Assembly: GCA_051294375.1 (NCBI GenBank)
Contig: CM119266.1
Location: 9,308,538-9,372,537, forward strand
Origin: Paraspadella gotoi
Lineage: Eukaryota > Animalia > Chaetognatha
Direction of reading: 5' to 3'
Length of the DNA stretch: 64,000 nucleotides
The translations under genes were made by a program, and so were the position numbers. Positions 31,652-46,484 of this stretch are shown piece after piece; position 1 is the stretch's first letter; the number at the start of each line of letters is the position of its first letter. Under the pieces are notes generated by a model. That model was not told the origin of the DNA. It did no database searches and was given only the letters and a program-made list of their open reading frames with translations.

Positions 31652-34600
31652 TCCGCACATTCTCTTCCTTCTTCAACTCTGTCCCTTCTTTTCCTCCTCT
31701 GGGATTTCAAACTCGGGGTCGTCGTCGTCATCGTCATCGTCGTCGTCGTCGTCCTAATCGTCGTCGTCGCCTCGGATTCAATTTGCATCTAGCGGCCGCA
31801 GCCGTAGCGGCCGCCGCCGCCGCCGCCTACTAACTTCCATTAACGTCCGCTCATCATTTTGCCTCATATATTTTTTATTAATTTTTTTTTCTACGAGCGT
31901 TGACGTTTGATTTGACGACTCCGCTAAGCGCGGCGCTATTGCGCAGGCGCGTAGCTCGGAGCGAATATTAGCTTGAAAAGAGAATATATATGAGGCGTTA
32001 ACTGTGCCGTTTATGAAATTGTAACAATCTGTTTATTATTTTCAACAATAAAACTTTCGTAATTACTTTTTTTCTTTGCCAAAAAGAAAAAAAAATTGGT
32101 ACAACCAAAATAAAAATTACCCATTCATTTAATAAGTAAGCTATCTTGAGTGATAATTACGAGAGTAATAATTATATTTAATTAAAACAATCTTTTTCGC
32201 TTTTTGACCTCGAAATTCGTGGCTCGAAAGCGTTTAGCGATTATATTCTAAACAACTTAATTATTGTGCTTTACCGTCAATCACTTGTCTCCAATATCGA
32301 ATGTTATTAACTTCAAAAGGTCAACTGGTCAAGATCGAGGAAAAGGAAATTCAAGAGGCTCTCATTCTTTCGGACAAATCAATGAAGATTGTCGACGTAG
32401 AGATCAAATCATCGCTACTCGCCAATGTTAGTGGAAAGAAAATAAAATGAAATATTAACAAACTTGTTAGAACCATATTTATATCTTTATTGCCTGTAAC
32501 TGGAGAATCAGTTTGGGGATATCAAACGAAATATTTTTGGAAGAAAAAATTGTCAACATACATCAAGAATTAGATGCATTTTTAACGGTTTATTATTATT
32601 ATGGAAAAACTTAAATACTGCAATATGCAAATTAGATTTAAGTGTCTTTCGAGAAAGAGAAACAAAAAAAAAACAGAGAAATGGCAAACTAAGACACAAA
32701 AAAACGAAAATGGAACAAAATATTTAAAGATGGAAAAATAAATAGCTAATAAGATAAGTCATTACTAATCTCACAAGATTTAGTATGTTCATGAATTTTC
32801 CCCCAGATTTACATCACTAAAACTGTCCTCAAACTCGTGGTGGCGCTGATCGTCTTCGGGATGGCCTTCTACCGTCTGGCGATGAAGGACTTCCGCTTCG
32901 CCTTCGCCTGCGACGTCCACCGCCTCAATCATCACCCGGATGTGGAAGGGGAAAGGGCAGGCGGGAACCTTACCTTTTATCCGGTGGGTGAGGTAGAGAG
33001 AGAGAAGGAAAAGAAATAANNNNNNNNNNNNNNNNNNNNNNNNNNNNNNNNNNNNNNNNNNNNNNNNNNNNNNNNNNNNNNNNNNNNNNNNNNNNNNNNN
33101 NNNNNNNNNNNNNNNNNNNNNNNNNNNNNNNNNNNNNNNNNNNNNNNNNNNNNNNNNNNNNNNNNNNNNNNNNNNNNNNNNNNNNNNNNNNNNNNNNNNN
33201 NNNNNNNNNNNNNNNNNNNNNNNNNNNNNNCAAAGACAAAGTGAGGGATAAATAGAGTTATTGATAGACAGATTTACAACCAGACAGAAAGACAGAGAGA
33301 AAGACAAAGTAAAGTAAAAAGAAAGGGCATTAAAAATAATGTCACCGATGTTCTCATTCCCTAACACAGATATCCAATCACGAACGATTTTCTTGCACCA
33401 ACGTCGTGGGTCCGTTTTCTCGCTACGTCGTCATCGCTTTCCTCATCCTTACCGTCGGTTACATCCTCGTCTCATTCTTCGCGCTCCTCATGTTCTTTTA
33501 CATTCATCATCCGCTCAGAGAGGTAAAGAGGGATGTAATTGGTTGACCTTTAATTTTTTTTTTTTCATTTTCTTTTTTTTTTTTTTTTTTTTGTTAGTTC
33601 TTTTTTTCCTTATTTCTTATCGCTTTTTTGTTCATTGTGTTCTTTTTCTCGAAAGTCAGCCATTTAGAATAGCGTAATAGAGCTTATGTTGATTTTTTTT
33701 CTTAAATTCCTAAAATTATTTATATCAGTATATTTTTATTAGTAAATACTAAATATTAATACTAAAAATTTATATTTATCAGTAAAACATACATATCACT
33801 ATAATCTCTCCCCCTCTCTCTCCTACGAAAAAAAACAAGAAATAGAAACATAGAAAATTGGATTTGCTGTAGTCGCTGGAGCGACGGTCGTTGTTTTGAT
33901 GTTGTTCGGAATCCCGTCTTCATAAAATTCCCGCAAATTCAACCCGGAACCATATATTTGCCGAAACCGGGAGCCAAAAAAAAAAAAAGAAACTCCGAGA
34001 GAGAGAAAGAGAGAGAAAAAAAAGAAAGTTTCCATATTTCCATCCCAGAAATTTCCCCCACTCCCTCCACAAAAAAAAGGGTTCATCTGGGATCGAAATA
34101 TTTATGTTCTTCTTCTCCCAAAACTGGGATAAAAATCGAGTCACGTGAGACTCACGGAAGTCACGTGATCCGAATGTGTGAGTCGGTGAGTTCGTCAAGT
34201 CAATCATGTCTTTTTTTTTTTAAATCGCTGATTTGTATAAATCTTTTAGATTAAATAATTTTAACTTATTTAGAACGAAAATCTCGAGCAAGTGAAAATA
34301 TGGCACGAACTTATTATCACTAAAGATCCCCCGCCTAATGTTTTCACCAGTGATCAGTGGTCACACATGCATGGGAAAATGAAAAAAATTCAAATTTAAA
34401 ATTGTAAAAAAAATAAATCTGATATCGCGTAGGAATTTATTGATTATGATATCACGAGCCGTCATGATTAACGATTTTCGCGATATGGTGGCGCTACGTG
34501 ATCACGTGACTCATTCCCATTCATGGAAGCGCCAGCGGCGTCGGCAGCGTCGGCAGCGTCGCCTCCTTTTTTCTGTCAGAAATTGGTATTCTTTGATGGG

Positions 34601-37600
34601 GTTTTTTTCTCGTTGTTTATTGCGAAAGAAGCGACGGCGAAACGTAAAAATAAGATGAGATGATTAAAGGAAGACAGGAATGGAATAAGAGAGAGCCAAT
34701 GGGACTCGTATTTGTCATTAAATTTAACGTAGCGGTATGATGTGGCGTGAAATAAGATTACGTGAGACTTAGTAAAAGTTAAGTAATCGTTTGAAAGTTG
34801 CCCTTAAAATAAACAGAATAAAAATAAAATAATTAAAAAGATACAAAGAAGTGAAGTAGTTTCATTAAGCTAAGTGAAGGCCCAGGTGAGATATTGTTAA
34901 TTCTCATTTGCATATAGCAGTACTTGATTAGTTTCGTTATTAGCAAGTTTCGAGATGTCTCGGAGCACGAACATCCTCACATCTCAGCGCGAACTCGTGT
35001 CCCTTTTTAAACTACCGCTCTGTTTGTAATTATAAATAAAAAAGTTATCAGTTCTTTCTTTAACAATTTTAAATTCTCGTGAGGAAAGGCGTGTTAAAGC
35101 TTCTTGCTTCACATAAGAGAAAAGCAAGAGTTACATTAGAAATTTCTTTGCCATCAAATGAACTCCATATGGTACGTTATGAACTTTTAAGGAAGTTGCT
35201 GACTTGCTGCAACGTAAAGAATAGTATTTCTTCGTGGTTATTTTATATGTAATTTATGTATAAGTCATGACGAATGAACGGACGCATCAGCTATTTGAGC
35301 GTTAAACTACAATTCATATTTGTCGACACCAGCAGACTCCCTTATGTCTTTGTTAAGCTTACATTATAATAGTCGTATCAGATGACGCCGAGTGTAGAAA
35401 ATGTTTATTATTTTCTATGCCACGAGGGTCGCGCGTTCGATTCGTCGGCTGTAGGTTAAACTGGCATTAACATGAAATCCAAGGATTTTCTTCATGAACA
35501 TCTGGTAAAAATACGAAACAAAAGAAAATAAAAATCCAAAAATTATACACGATTGCAATTGGATGAACAAAAAAATCCAGTTTTCTGATTTGTTGATCGA
35601 TCAATTGTTGACGAGGGTAAANNNNNNNNNNNNNNNNNNNNNNNNNNNNNNNNNNNNNNNNNNNNNNNNNNNNNNNNNNNNNNNNNNNNNNNNNNNNNNN
35701 NNNNNNNNNNNNNNNNNNNNNNNNNNNNNNNNNNNNNNNNNNNNNNNNNNNNNNNNNNNNNNNNNNNNNNNNNNNNNNNNNNNNNNNNNNNNNNNNNNNN
35801 NNNNNNNNNNNNNNNNNNNNNNNNNNNNNNNNNNNNNNNNNNNNNNNNNNNNNNNNNNNNNNNNNNNNNNNNNNNNNNNNNNNNNNNNNNNNNNNNNNNN
35901 NNNNNNNNNNNNNNNNNNNNNNNNNNNNNNNNNNNNNNNGGGTGAGTACGAAGTGAGTACGAGGTGATTACGAGGTGAGTACGATGTGAGTACGAGGTGA
36001 GTACGAGATGATACACACGATGGAATCAGAATCGGAGGAAGTTCAAGTATTTCGAGATCAAGGGCGAGTTCGACTTTGGGGTTTGAAAAGAAAAGAGGAA
36101 GAAAAGTGGTACTATTTTTCGAAAGCGCCACATTTCCGTTCCTTTAATCCTAATATTTATTCTTAATCTTTTAAAAATTAATCCAATCTTTAAACAAAAT
36201 CATTAATACTAACCTAATCTCTTAATCCTCGTCCTTAACCCAAATCCATAACTTAATCTTTCAGCATAAAATCTAATTTCATTCCTAATTTAAGATGAAA
36301 TTGGGGCGGAAATGGAAAATATGGCCAGGAAGGCAAAGTAGGGTGAAGCAGTGAGAAGTAAACGATTCCTGTAGTATACGAGGGGGCTTAGAAACGACGG
36401 TAAAAAGCTGATGAATTAAGGGAGGGGAAAGGGGTGACAAGTAATATGGAAGTTGCAAAATTACTTGTTTATTTTTTAGATTTAAAATAACTATCATTTA
36501 TGATTTTNNNNNNNNNNNNNNNNNNNNNNNNNNNNNNNNNNNNNNNNNTTTGAATCGAAAAAAAAAATATTTTTTTTTGTTCTTTTTTATTTTATTCCTT
36601 GTTCTTTGTTCTTTTATTTCTCTGTCTTTCGCTTTTATTCGATTGTTTTCACTCTTGGCGCTAAATTTTAAATTTGAAAAAAAAAGGGAAAAAAACTTTG
36701 TTTTCCCTCTGCTTCTTTTCCTTTTCCTCTTCTCTGACTTTTCAGTGATAAATTTCTTTTTCATTTAGGTTTTCGCTCTAATTTTCTTTCGATTTATATT
36801 CCTCCTTTTTTTCTTTCTTTTCTTCTTTTTATTTTTAATTCTCCTTCGGAGACAATCGCATAATTCTTTTCTCCTCCCTTCTCTGTTTCAATGTTTCCCC
36901 TCTTCTTCAACTCTTTATCCCTTTAACCCCCATTGCCTTTCTCCACGGGCAGGTTGAGAGGTAGACACATTTTAAAAATATATTTATATTTTAACTAAGA
37001 TGGTTATCCTAAATTAAACAGCCCAAGCTTCAATAAATGGCTTAAAATAAAAAACTATATATAATTTTGTANNNNNNNNNNNNNNNNNNNNNNNNNAAAA
37101 AGAGAGAGATATTAAATAAAAAAACTATATAATAATTGTTGTTAATATTTTATAAACATAACCTAGATAATAATTATATAATAAAAGACTATAATCCTAT
37201 AGTCATTTATATTGTTTTAAATGTGGCCCTTTAACAGTTGTGAAGAGGCCGGCGCCATTTCATCCACACACCCCTAGTCTCCCCACCCACCTACCAAATT
37301 TCAAATTCCTTCCCCCCCCCGTACGCCCCCGCCCCATCCCCCCATCGCCAGATCTTGCAAGCCTACGAGAAGACGATCTTCAAAGAGGAAATGGAGATGA
37401 AGATCGAAAATTTGATGCGAAACCGAACGAGAGACATCGTCTTTCTGCTCTTCTTTCTCTATACGACGAACAAGGAAACTTTTAAGGTATTTTTAATCGT
37501 GGGAATGTTGAGAAAGAACGAGCGATACGAATTGTAATTCATTTCCAGATTCAAACTTTTTCATGGATCAGTAACAATAAATCAATAAATAAAGAACATA

Positions 37601-38865
37601 AATTTTTGAAGGGCAATGTTATAAATGACCATTCTACGAGAGTATTTCTATATTTCATATAGTAGATCAGATTAATAAATAAACTTTCTTTTTCCCAAAA
37701 ATTATGTATCCGTTTCATACAAAGGTTCTTAACTATCTAAGATTCTACATTTTTTTTTTTTTTTACTTGACCAAATTTCTTTTTAATCAATTCTGTCCAA
37801 AATCCGTGTAAAATTAAAAGAATCTTTAAATCTTTTATAATAATAAAAGACGAGTAATATTTTGTTCCCAGCTTGTTTACAGTCAGGCACCCCAAACAAA
37901 ACAAATTTCCAACCGCGCGACTATAATTCCGAACAAAAGGAAAATTGGCTTTTTGCTTTTTTTTTCGCCCAGCGACACAATTCGATTAAGAAAGAAAACA
38001 AGGAAACGAAATAAAAAAAATCCAAAAAAATTTAAAAATTGGCACTATTTTCGTGAGCGCCCCATTTAGATTAAAAATCTTGAAGCTTAATTTTAACTTA
38101 ATATCTAGCTCTAATCCACTAATCCTTAACTTTAATCCATAAATCTATTTTCTAACCTTAAACCCTAAACCTTAAACAAAATCTAAAACTTGAAAAGGGG
38201 CGCTATCGGAAAAGAGGGCCCCAAAATTAAGGCTTTCGTTTGCAACTACGAATGTTGTAACGAAAAGGAAAAAAAGGGAATTTTCTTTCTCCCCCTAACG
38301 GAGAAAGAACGAAACAAGATATTTATATGCGGTTTTTTTATGTTTTTTGTTTGGAGAAAATGTTTTTTTCCTTGAAGCAAAAGAAAAACCTTGAAAACAA
38401 ATTTCGCAAATTGTATTACAAAGGCCCGTAGAGAAGTGGGTGGCATTGAATCTTTAAATTAGACACTATGCATATTAGACAAATTTGACAATTAGACAAA
38501 TAGACAATTGGACAAATTAGACAGTATGCATATTTCTATTATAGTTTAGAGTTTACACGGTTATATAGTATAGTATAGTAAGGTTCGTTCTATTTGGGTT
38601 CTAACTCTACCTCTAAGCATCCTTTAATGTTTATTGTTCAATTCCAGTCTCCCTACTTAAATACTGGCTTGTCTTTCTACAACGTTCTTTCATAAATTAC
38701 TCGACATACCACGTCTCTTCCATGCCCCACCATGTCCCGCCCCATGCCAGAGCTTCAAAGAATTTCTCTCTCCTCTCTTTCACGACGACTTGATTCGTTT
38801 GGCGACGAATCGGAAATGGAATACGGCAGAAATGGAGAGACGGAAAATATCATTCGGGCGAGGTC

Positions 38866-38939
<74 letters not shown>

Positions 38940-40931
38940 CGATGTTTGATTGATTTGTTGATTGATCGATGTTTGATTGATCTTTGATTGATTGATAGAT
39001 TAATTGTTTGATTGATTAATTGATATAATGATTGAATGTTGAAAGATTGATTAACGGTTGATTGATAGATTATTTGATTGATGGTTGGTCGACCGACTGA
39101 TTGCTTGCTCAAATGAAAGTTTTAGTTAACCTGATACTTTCCTATTTCTTTTTACCTTTTTTTAAAATTTTAATCTTAATTCAAATAATTTGAGAATTTC
39201 AACTTCGACACAATTTTTTTTTTCTTTTCTCCTTCAGACGATGACGGGTTCTCCATTTCTCTGGCGGACGTTGAACTCACTTCGCTTCCCGCTTGCTTGT
39301 TCTCTGTCACCAAGCTCAAAGTGAGTGCTTGTCTGAGCCGGGTTATTGTCCGGCCACGTCATAGAATCGACATTTTTTTTNNNNNNNNNNNNNNNNNNNN
39401 NNNNNNNNNNNNNNNNNNNNNNNNNNNNNNNNNNNNNNNNNNNNNNNNNNNNNNNNNNNNNNNNNNNNNNNNNNNNNNNNNNNNNNNNNNNNNNNNNNNN
39501 NNNNNNNNNNNNNNNNNNNNNNNNNNNNNNNNNNNNNNNNNNNNNNNNNNNNNNNNNNNNNNNNNNNNNNNNNNNNNNNNNNNNNNNNNNNNNNNNNNNN
39601 NNNNNNNNNNNNNNNNNNNNNNNNNNNNNNNNNNNNNNNCCCTCTCTCTCTCTCTCCAGGAACTGGACCTCTCCTTCAACGAGAGTCTCGTTAATCTAGA
39701 AGGAATTGAGAAACTGGTGGACCTCGCGGTTCTTAAAGTCGAGTCCTGCAAAGTGAGTTGTAACTTGTATGAGTCTTAAATGAAATACATTTTACATAAT
39801 ATCGTATTTATCTCCAATGAGTATTAGCGTTTTAGCTTACGAGCGTTATTGCTTTGACATGGAACTATTTATTCTTCAATTATTTTTTTTAAATTTTTTA
39901 AACTATTTTTTCGTCTAATTTATTTATTTATTCATTTATCTATTTATTTATTTATTTTTTATTTTATTATCTATTCATTTTGTATCTTTTCATTCATTTA
40001 TTTATTTCTTTATTCATTCATTTATTAATATTTATTATTTTTCATGATTTTCATCCTCCGAATTATCCTCTAAAAATCATTTGGCATGACTTTAATTAAT
40101 AAATATCTAAAAAATTTTTTAAAAAATTTTTTATAATATTTGTTAATATTCTAAAGCTGTGGTCCCCAAAACCGCAGAGCGATTATTCTTTTATTTATCC
40201 TCCAGAGATTCAAGAGCACGCCGGAGAATTTCTTCTTTTTTTTAAAATCCGTTCTCCGATGCTATTTTTAGCTCAAAAAATGGTTCGCGTTCTGAACGCG
40301 TTAGCCCCCCCCCCTCTAATTCGTTCCTTCTTTTTTTATTTTTCTTTCTTTGCTTTTTTTTTTGCGTAAAAGCACTGAGAAAGAAGATGATGATGACGAT
40401 GATCGAACCGGCGACGAAAAATGGCGTCGTAAAGCTATTAAACGCCGTCTCGCTCTCTCGCTCGCTCGTTCTCTCACTTTCTTTCTTTTTTTTCTAGGTT
40501 TCCTTCTTTCTATTTCCTAGCTTTCTATCTTTTTTCTTTCTTTCTTTCTTTCTTTCTTTCNNNNNNNNNNNNNNNNNNNNNNNNNNNNNNNNNNNNNNNN
40601 NNNNNNNNNNNNNNNNNNNNNNNNNNNNNNNNNNNNNNNNNNNNNNNNNNNNNNNNNNNNNNNNNNNNNNNNNNNNNNNNNNNNNNNNNNNNNNNNNNNN
40701 NNNNNNNNNNNNNNNNNNNNNNNNNNNNNNNNNNNNNNNNNNNNNNNNNNNNNNNNNNNNNNNNNNNNNNNNNNNNNNNNNNNNNNNNNNNNNNNNNNNN
40801 NNNNNNNNNNNNNNNNNNNNNNNNNNNNNNNNNNNNNNNNNNNNNNNNNNNNNNNNNNNNNNNNNNNNNNNNNNNNNNNNNNNNNNNNNNNNNNNNNNNN
40901 NNNNNNNNNNNNNNNNNNNNNNNNNNNNNNN

Positions 40932-40969
<38 letters not shown>

Positions 40970-43900
40970 GATCACATCTTTCATCTCTGACCCGCTCTTG
41001 CTTGTGGAATTTGAAAATGTCAGAAAACTGAGCGAAGGGAAATAAAGATTTGTTTAGTTATTCTTTAAAAAATAATGAAACAGGTTTACTTTTACCGAGC
41101 GATCTTCCGGAAGCAAATGTTATAATCCTTTCGTTTTCACACCCCCCCTCCGATTTTCCCGCCTTCCTTCCCCCTTCCCCTCTGCCCCGGCCAACTTTCA
41201 CCACCCTCAACTTACCCTCCCTTCAGCTCCAAGACCTTACCCCGGCGACGCGCCTCCCTAACCTCCAACGCCTCCAAGCGGCGGACAACAGCTTCGTCGG
41301 TCTCCCCGAAGGCTTCGAAAGTCTCGAGCAGCTGACTTACCTCGACGTCTCGCAGAACGACAGCCTCACCGCCTTACCGCTGGGTGAGATTCGTCGTCGT
41401 TGTTCGTGGGGATTTTGTGTTCATCCGATGATAGGACAATAAAAAATAAAATAAAATTAAAAAACCGATGAGTTATTATTTATGAATTACATAAGGGAGT
41501 GGTCTTTTCATACAATTGAAACATTNNNNNNNNNNNNNNNNNNNNNNNNNCTAATGTTGTTCAACCAGGACATCCAGGTGGTCACACATTGCATTGGAAA
41601 ATTGAAAAAAAAAAAATTCAAATTATAAAATTGTTTTATAAAAAAAAATAATCTGATATCGGGCGTTCGAGCGAATTTATGATTATAATCACGAGCCCGT
41701 GCACGATGATTAACGATTGTTTTCGGCGTATATTCATATTTGTGTCGACACCAGTAGAACTCCCTAGATGTCTTTGTTAAGCCTTACATATAATAGTCGT
41801 TATTCAGATGACGCCCGAGTATCGAGTAGAGAAAAATGTTTATTATTTTCTATGCCACGAGGTCGGGTGGTCACCCCTATTCTAGCGCGTTCGATTCGTC
41901 GCGTCTGTAGGTTAAACTGGCCTAACATTGAAATCCAAGGATTTTTCTTCGTATGAACTATCTGGTAAAAATACGGAAGCAAAAGAAAATAATAAAATCC
42001 AAAATACCTATACACGATGCACATTGGAGTTCATGAACAAAAAATCCATGTTTTCTGATTGGTTGATCGATCAACTTGTTGACGAGGGTAAAAAACCCTA
42101 TTTTATTTCCCTTGTTTTTTATCGCCTTCAAGAGATTAAATCTTTTTTCCCCCCCCATATTCGCGTCTAAAGAGACGACGAGACAAAGAAGGAAAGGAGT
42201 CGGAGGCTGAAGCCAAAGCTCGGGGGGAGGTTGTTGTTGAAGTGAGTGAGAAGGGAATTAGAGCTGTCAGGGTGCAGTACGAGAGGGTGAGTTACGAGGA
42301 GTTGAGTACGAGCGCGTTTGAGTACGGGTGTGATCACAAAACGGATGGGAATCAGATCGGAGGAAGTTTTCAAGTATTTTGAGACAAGGGCGCCTGAGTT
42401 CGACTTGGAGTTTGAAAAGGAAAAGAGGAAGAAAAGTGTCGCGATTTTTCGAAAGCGCCCCATTTTCTTTCTTTAATCCTAATATTTATTCTTAATCTTT
42501 TAAATCATTAATATAATCCAATCTCCAAAATCCTCGTCCTTAACCCAAATCCATAACTTAATCTTTAAGCATGAAAATCTAATTTCTTTCCTAATTTAAG
42601 ATGAAATTGCGGGCGCGGAAATGGAACAATATGGCCAAGGAAGGCCAAAGTTTAGGGTTGAAAGCAGTGAGAAGTAAACGATTTCCGTGTAGTATACGAG
42701 GGCTTTAGAAACGAACGGGTACAAGTAAAAGAAAGGTTAGCAAAATTACTGTGTTTCACTAAGTTTTTTTTTTATTTTTAGATTTAAATAACTATTATTT
42801 ATTAATTTTTTTTTGAATTGGTTAAAATATTTTTGTGTTAAATATTTAAATTATAATATTATTTATCTGTTCGGGTATGGCGGACGTTTAGTGTTGTCTT
42901 CCTGGAATAAATGTAATAAGTACATAAAGGGTAGTAAAGTTCATTGACGACAAACAATTTCAAGGTGGACGTATTTAGGAAAATTGTAGTGGATGTGAAT
43001 GAAAGAGATTTGCAGACCGTGGGAGATGAAAGCGCCTGGAATAAGGCGGACGTGCCGGAACAGGTTAGGGTTGGACAAGCGGGAGTGGGGGGGTGGTGGT
43101 GGTGGGGTCGATAGGGTGGGGTGTGGAGGGTGGGCGGGTGGGTGAGATCTAATCAAAGCCGCGACGCATTGCATTGCGGAAGGGAAACTCGTGGTCACGA
43201 TGCGTGGACTTGTTTCCCTTTGAATCGAAAAACAAAATTATTTTTCTTTGCTCTTTTTTTATTTTATTCCTTGTTCTTGTTCTTTATTTTCTCTGTCTTT
43301 CGCTTTTATTCATTGTTTTCACTCTGCCTCGCTAAATTTTAAATTTTTGAAAATAAAAGCGTGGGGAAAAAAAACTTTGTTTTTCCCTCTGCCTTTCTTT
43401 TCCTTTTCCTCTTCTCGTGACCTTTTCAGTGGCATAAATTTCTTTTTCTAATTTAGGTTTTCGCTCTAATTTTCCTTTCGATATATTGTCTCCTCCTTTT
43501 TTACCTGTATTCTGTTTTCTTCTTTTTGGATTTTCAATTCTCCTTCGAGAACAATTCGCCATAATTCTTTTCTCCTCCCTTCTCTGTTTCAATGTTTCCC
43601 CTCTCATCTTTCACACTCTTTTATCCCATTAACCCCCATTGCCTTCCTCCACGGGCCCTGGGTTGGTGCTCCCTTTGAGAGCGTTTGACGACGTGTAGAC
43701 ACATTGTTAAAAATATATTATATTTTAACTAATGATGTGTGTATCTCTAAACTTAAACAGCCCAATCTGCCTCAATATAATGGCTCTACCCTTAAAATAA
43801 ATAAAAACCTATATATAATTTTGTAAGCTTATTATAACATAAGCCTACGAAGTAATAATTATTATAATAATAAGACTATAATCCTATTATCATTTATGCA

Positions 43901-46236
43901 TTGTTTAATGTGCCCTCGGTGCCGACCCGATACGCCGGGTAAACAAGTTGTGAAGAGCGCCCACGGCCATTTCTCCACACCACCCCTTGTCCCCCACCAC
44001 CTACCAACATTTCAAATTACCTTCCCCCCCCCTCCGCCCGCCCCATTCGCCCAGATCTTGCAGGCCTACGAGAAAGACGATCTTCAAAGCAGGAAATGGA
44101 ATGAAGATTCGAAAATTGATGGAAAACCCGAACGAGAGACATCCGTCTTTCTGCTCATTTCTTTTTCCTATACGACGAACAAGGAAATTTAAGGTATTTT
44201 TAATCGTCTAGGGGAATGTTGAGAAAAGAACGAAGCGATGCGAATTGTAATTCATTTTCCAGATTCAAACTTTTTCATGATCAGTAACAATAAATCAATA
44301 AATAAAGAACATAAATTTTTGCAAAAGGCAATGTTATAATGACCATTCTACGAGAGTATTTCTATATTTCATATAGTAGAATCAGATCTAATAAATATAA
44401 AACTTTCTTTTTCCCAAAAATTATGTATCCGTTTCAACAAAGGTTCTTAACTATCTAAGATTCTACATTTTGTTTTTTTTTTTTTTTACTTGACCAAATT
44501 TCTTTTTAATCAATTCTGTCCAAAAATCCGTGTTAAAATTAAAAGAATCTGTTAAATCCTTTATAATAATAAAAGTACGAGTAATATTTGTTCCCAGCCT
44601 TGTTTACAGTCAGGCACCCCCAAACAAAACAACATTTCCAACCGCGCCGACATTATAATTCCTCCGAACAAAAGGAATAATTGCTTTTTGCTTTTTTTTT
44701 TCGCCCAGTACGCACACAATTCGATTAAGAAAGAAAACAAGGAAACGAAATAAAAAAAATCCAAAAAAAAAATTAAAAATTTGGCACTATTTTCGTAGCG
44801 CCCCGTCCCCATTTAGATAAAAAATCTTGAAGCTTAATTTTTAACTTAATATCTAGCTCAATCCACTAATCCTTACTTTAATCCATAAATACTATTTTTC
44901 TAACTTTAAACACCTAAACCTTAAACAAAATCTAAAACTTAAAAGGGCCGCTATCGGGAAAAGAGCGGCCCCAAAATTAAGGCTTTCGTTTTGCAACTTT
45001 ACGAATGTTGATAACGAAAAGTAAAAAAAGGGGAAATTTTCTTTCCTCCCCCTAACGGAAAAAGACACGAAAACAAGATATTTATATTGCGGCTTTTTTT
45101 ATGTTTTTTTTTGGAGAAAAGGTTTTTTTGCCTTGAAAGACAAAAGAAAAACCTTTGAAAACAAATTTCCAAATTGTATTACTAAAGGCCCGTAGAGAAT
45201 GGGTGGCATTGAATCTTTAAATTAGACCACTATGCATATTAGACAAATTTGACAATTAGCACAATAGACATTGGAACAAATTAGACAAGTATTGCATATT
45301 TCTATTAGGTAGTTCTCGAGTTACACGGTATATAGTTATAGCTATAGTAAGGTTCGGTTCTATTTGGGTTCAACTCTACCTCTAAGCATCCTTAATGTTT
45401 ATTGTTCAATTCCAGTTCTCCCCTACTTAAATACTGGCTTGTCTTTTCTACAACGTTCTTTCATAAAAAAAAAAAAAAAATATAAAAAATATTACTCGAC
45501 ATTACCACGTCTCTTCCATGCCCCACCATGTCCCGCCCCATTGCCAGATTGCTCAAAGAAGTTTCTCTTCTCCTCTCTTTCACGACGACTTTGATTCGTT
45601 TGCGACGAATTCGGAAATGGATACGGCAGAAATGAGAGACGGAAGAAATATCATTCGGCGAGGTCTTGATTGATTTGATTGATGGATTGATTGATTGATT
45701 GCATTGACTTGATTGAGTTGATTGATTTGAGTGATTGATCGATGGTGATGATTGTTGATGATCGATGTTTGATTGATTCTTTGATGATTGATAGATTAAT
45801 TGTTTGATTGATTAATTGACTATAATGATTGAATGTTTGAAAGATTGATTACGGTTGATTGATAGAATGTATTGATTGATGGTGGTCGACCGACTGATTG
45901 CTTGCTCAAAATGGAAGTTTTAGGTTAACCTGATTACTTTCCTATTTTCTTTTTACCTTTTTTTTAAAATTTAATCTTAATTCAAAATTTGAGAATTTCA
46001 ACTTCGACACAATTTTTTTTTCTTTCCCTTCAGACCGAATGAACGGGTCTCCATTTCTCTGGCGGACGTTAACTCACTTCGCTTCCGCTTGCTTGTTCTT
46101 CTGTCACCAAGCTCAATGTGAGTGCTTGTCTGAGCCGGCGTTTATTGTCCGGCCCAAGTCATTAAATCGACATTTTTTTCAATTACTCTCGCAAATCTCT
46201 CAGTTCGCTATCCTGAATCTCTCTCTCTCTCTCTTA

Positions 46237-46267
<31 letters not shown>

Positions 46268-46338
46268 TTTCTCTTTCTCTTCTCTCTCCTCTTTCTCTCT
46301 CTCTTCTCTCTCTCTTTCTCTCTCTCTCCCCTCTCTCT

Positions 46339-46371
<33 letters not shown>

Positions 46372-46435
46372 CTTCCCCTCTCTCCTCTCTCTCATCTTCC
46401 CCCCTCTCTCTCTCTCTATCTCTCTCTCTCCTCTA

Positions 46436-46484
<49 letters not shown>

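Noticed and set aside
35420-35455. tRNA gene (GTTCGATTC B-box-like; similar GGGTTCAATC motifs at 2730-2790 minus)
   Set aside because: No cloverleaf or A-box could be built; at most tRNA/SINE-derived fragments.
42170-42300. Possible extra LRRC8-like 2 exon hidden in the 35622-35939 gap
   Set aside because: Exons 8 and 9 already join collinearly with gene 1 (LREILQAY versus LPAILDDY), so no exon is needed.
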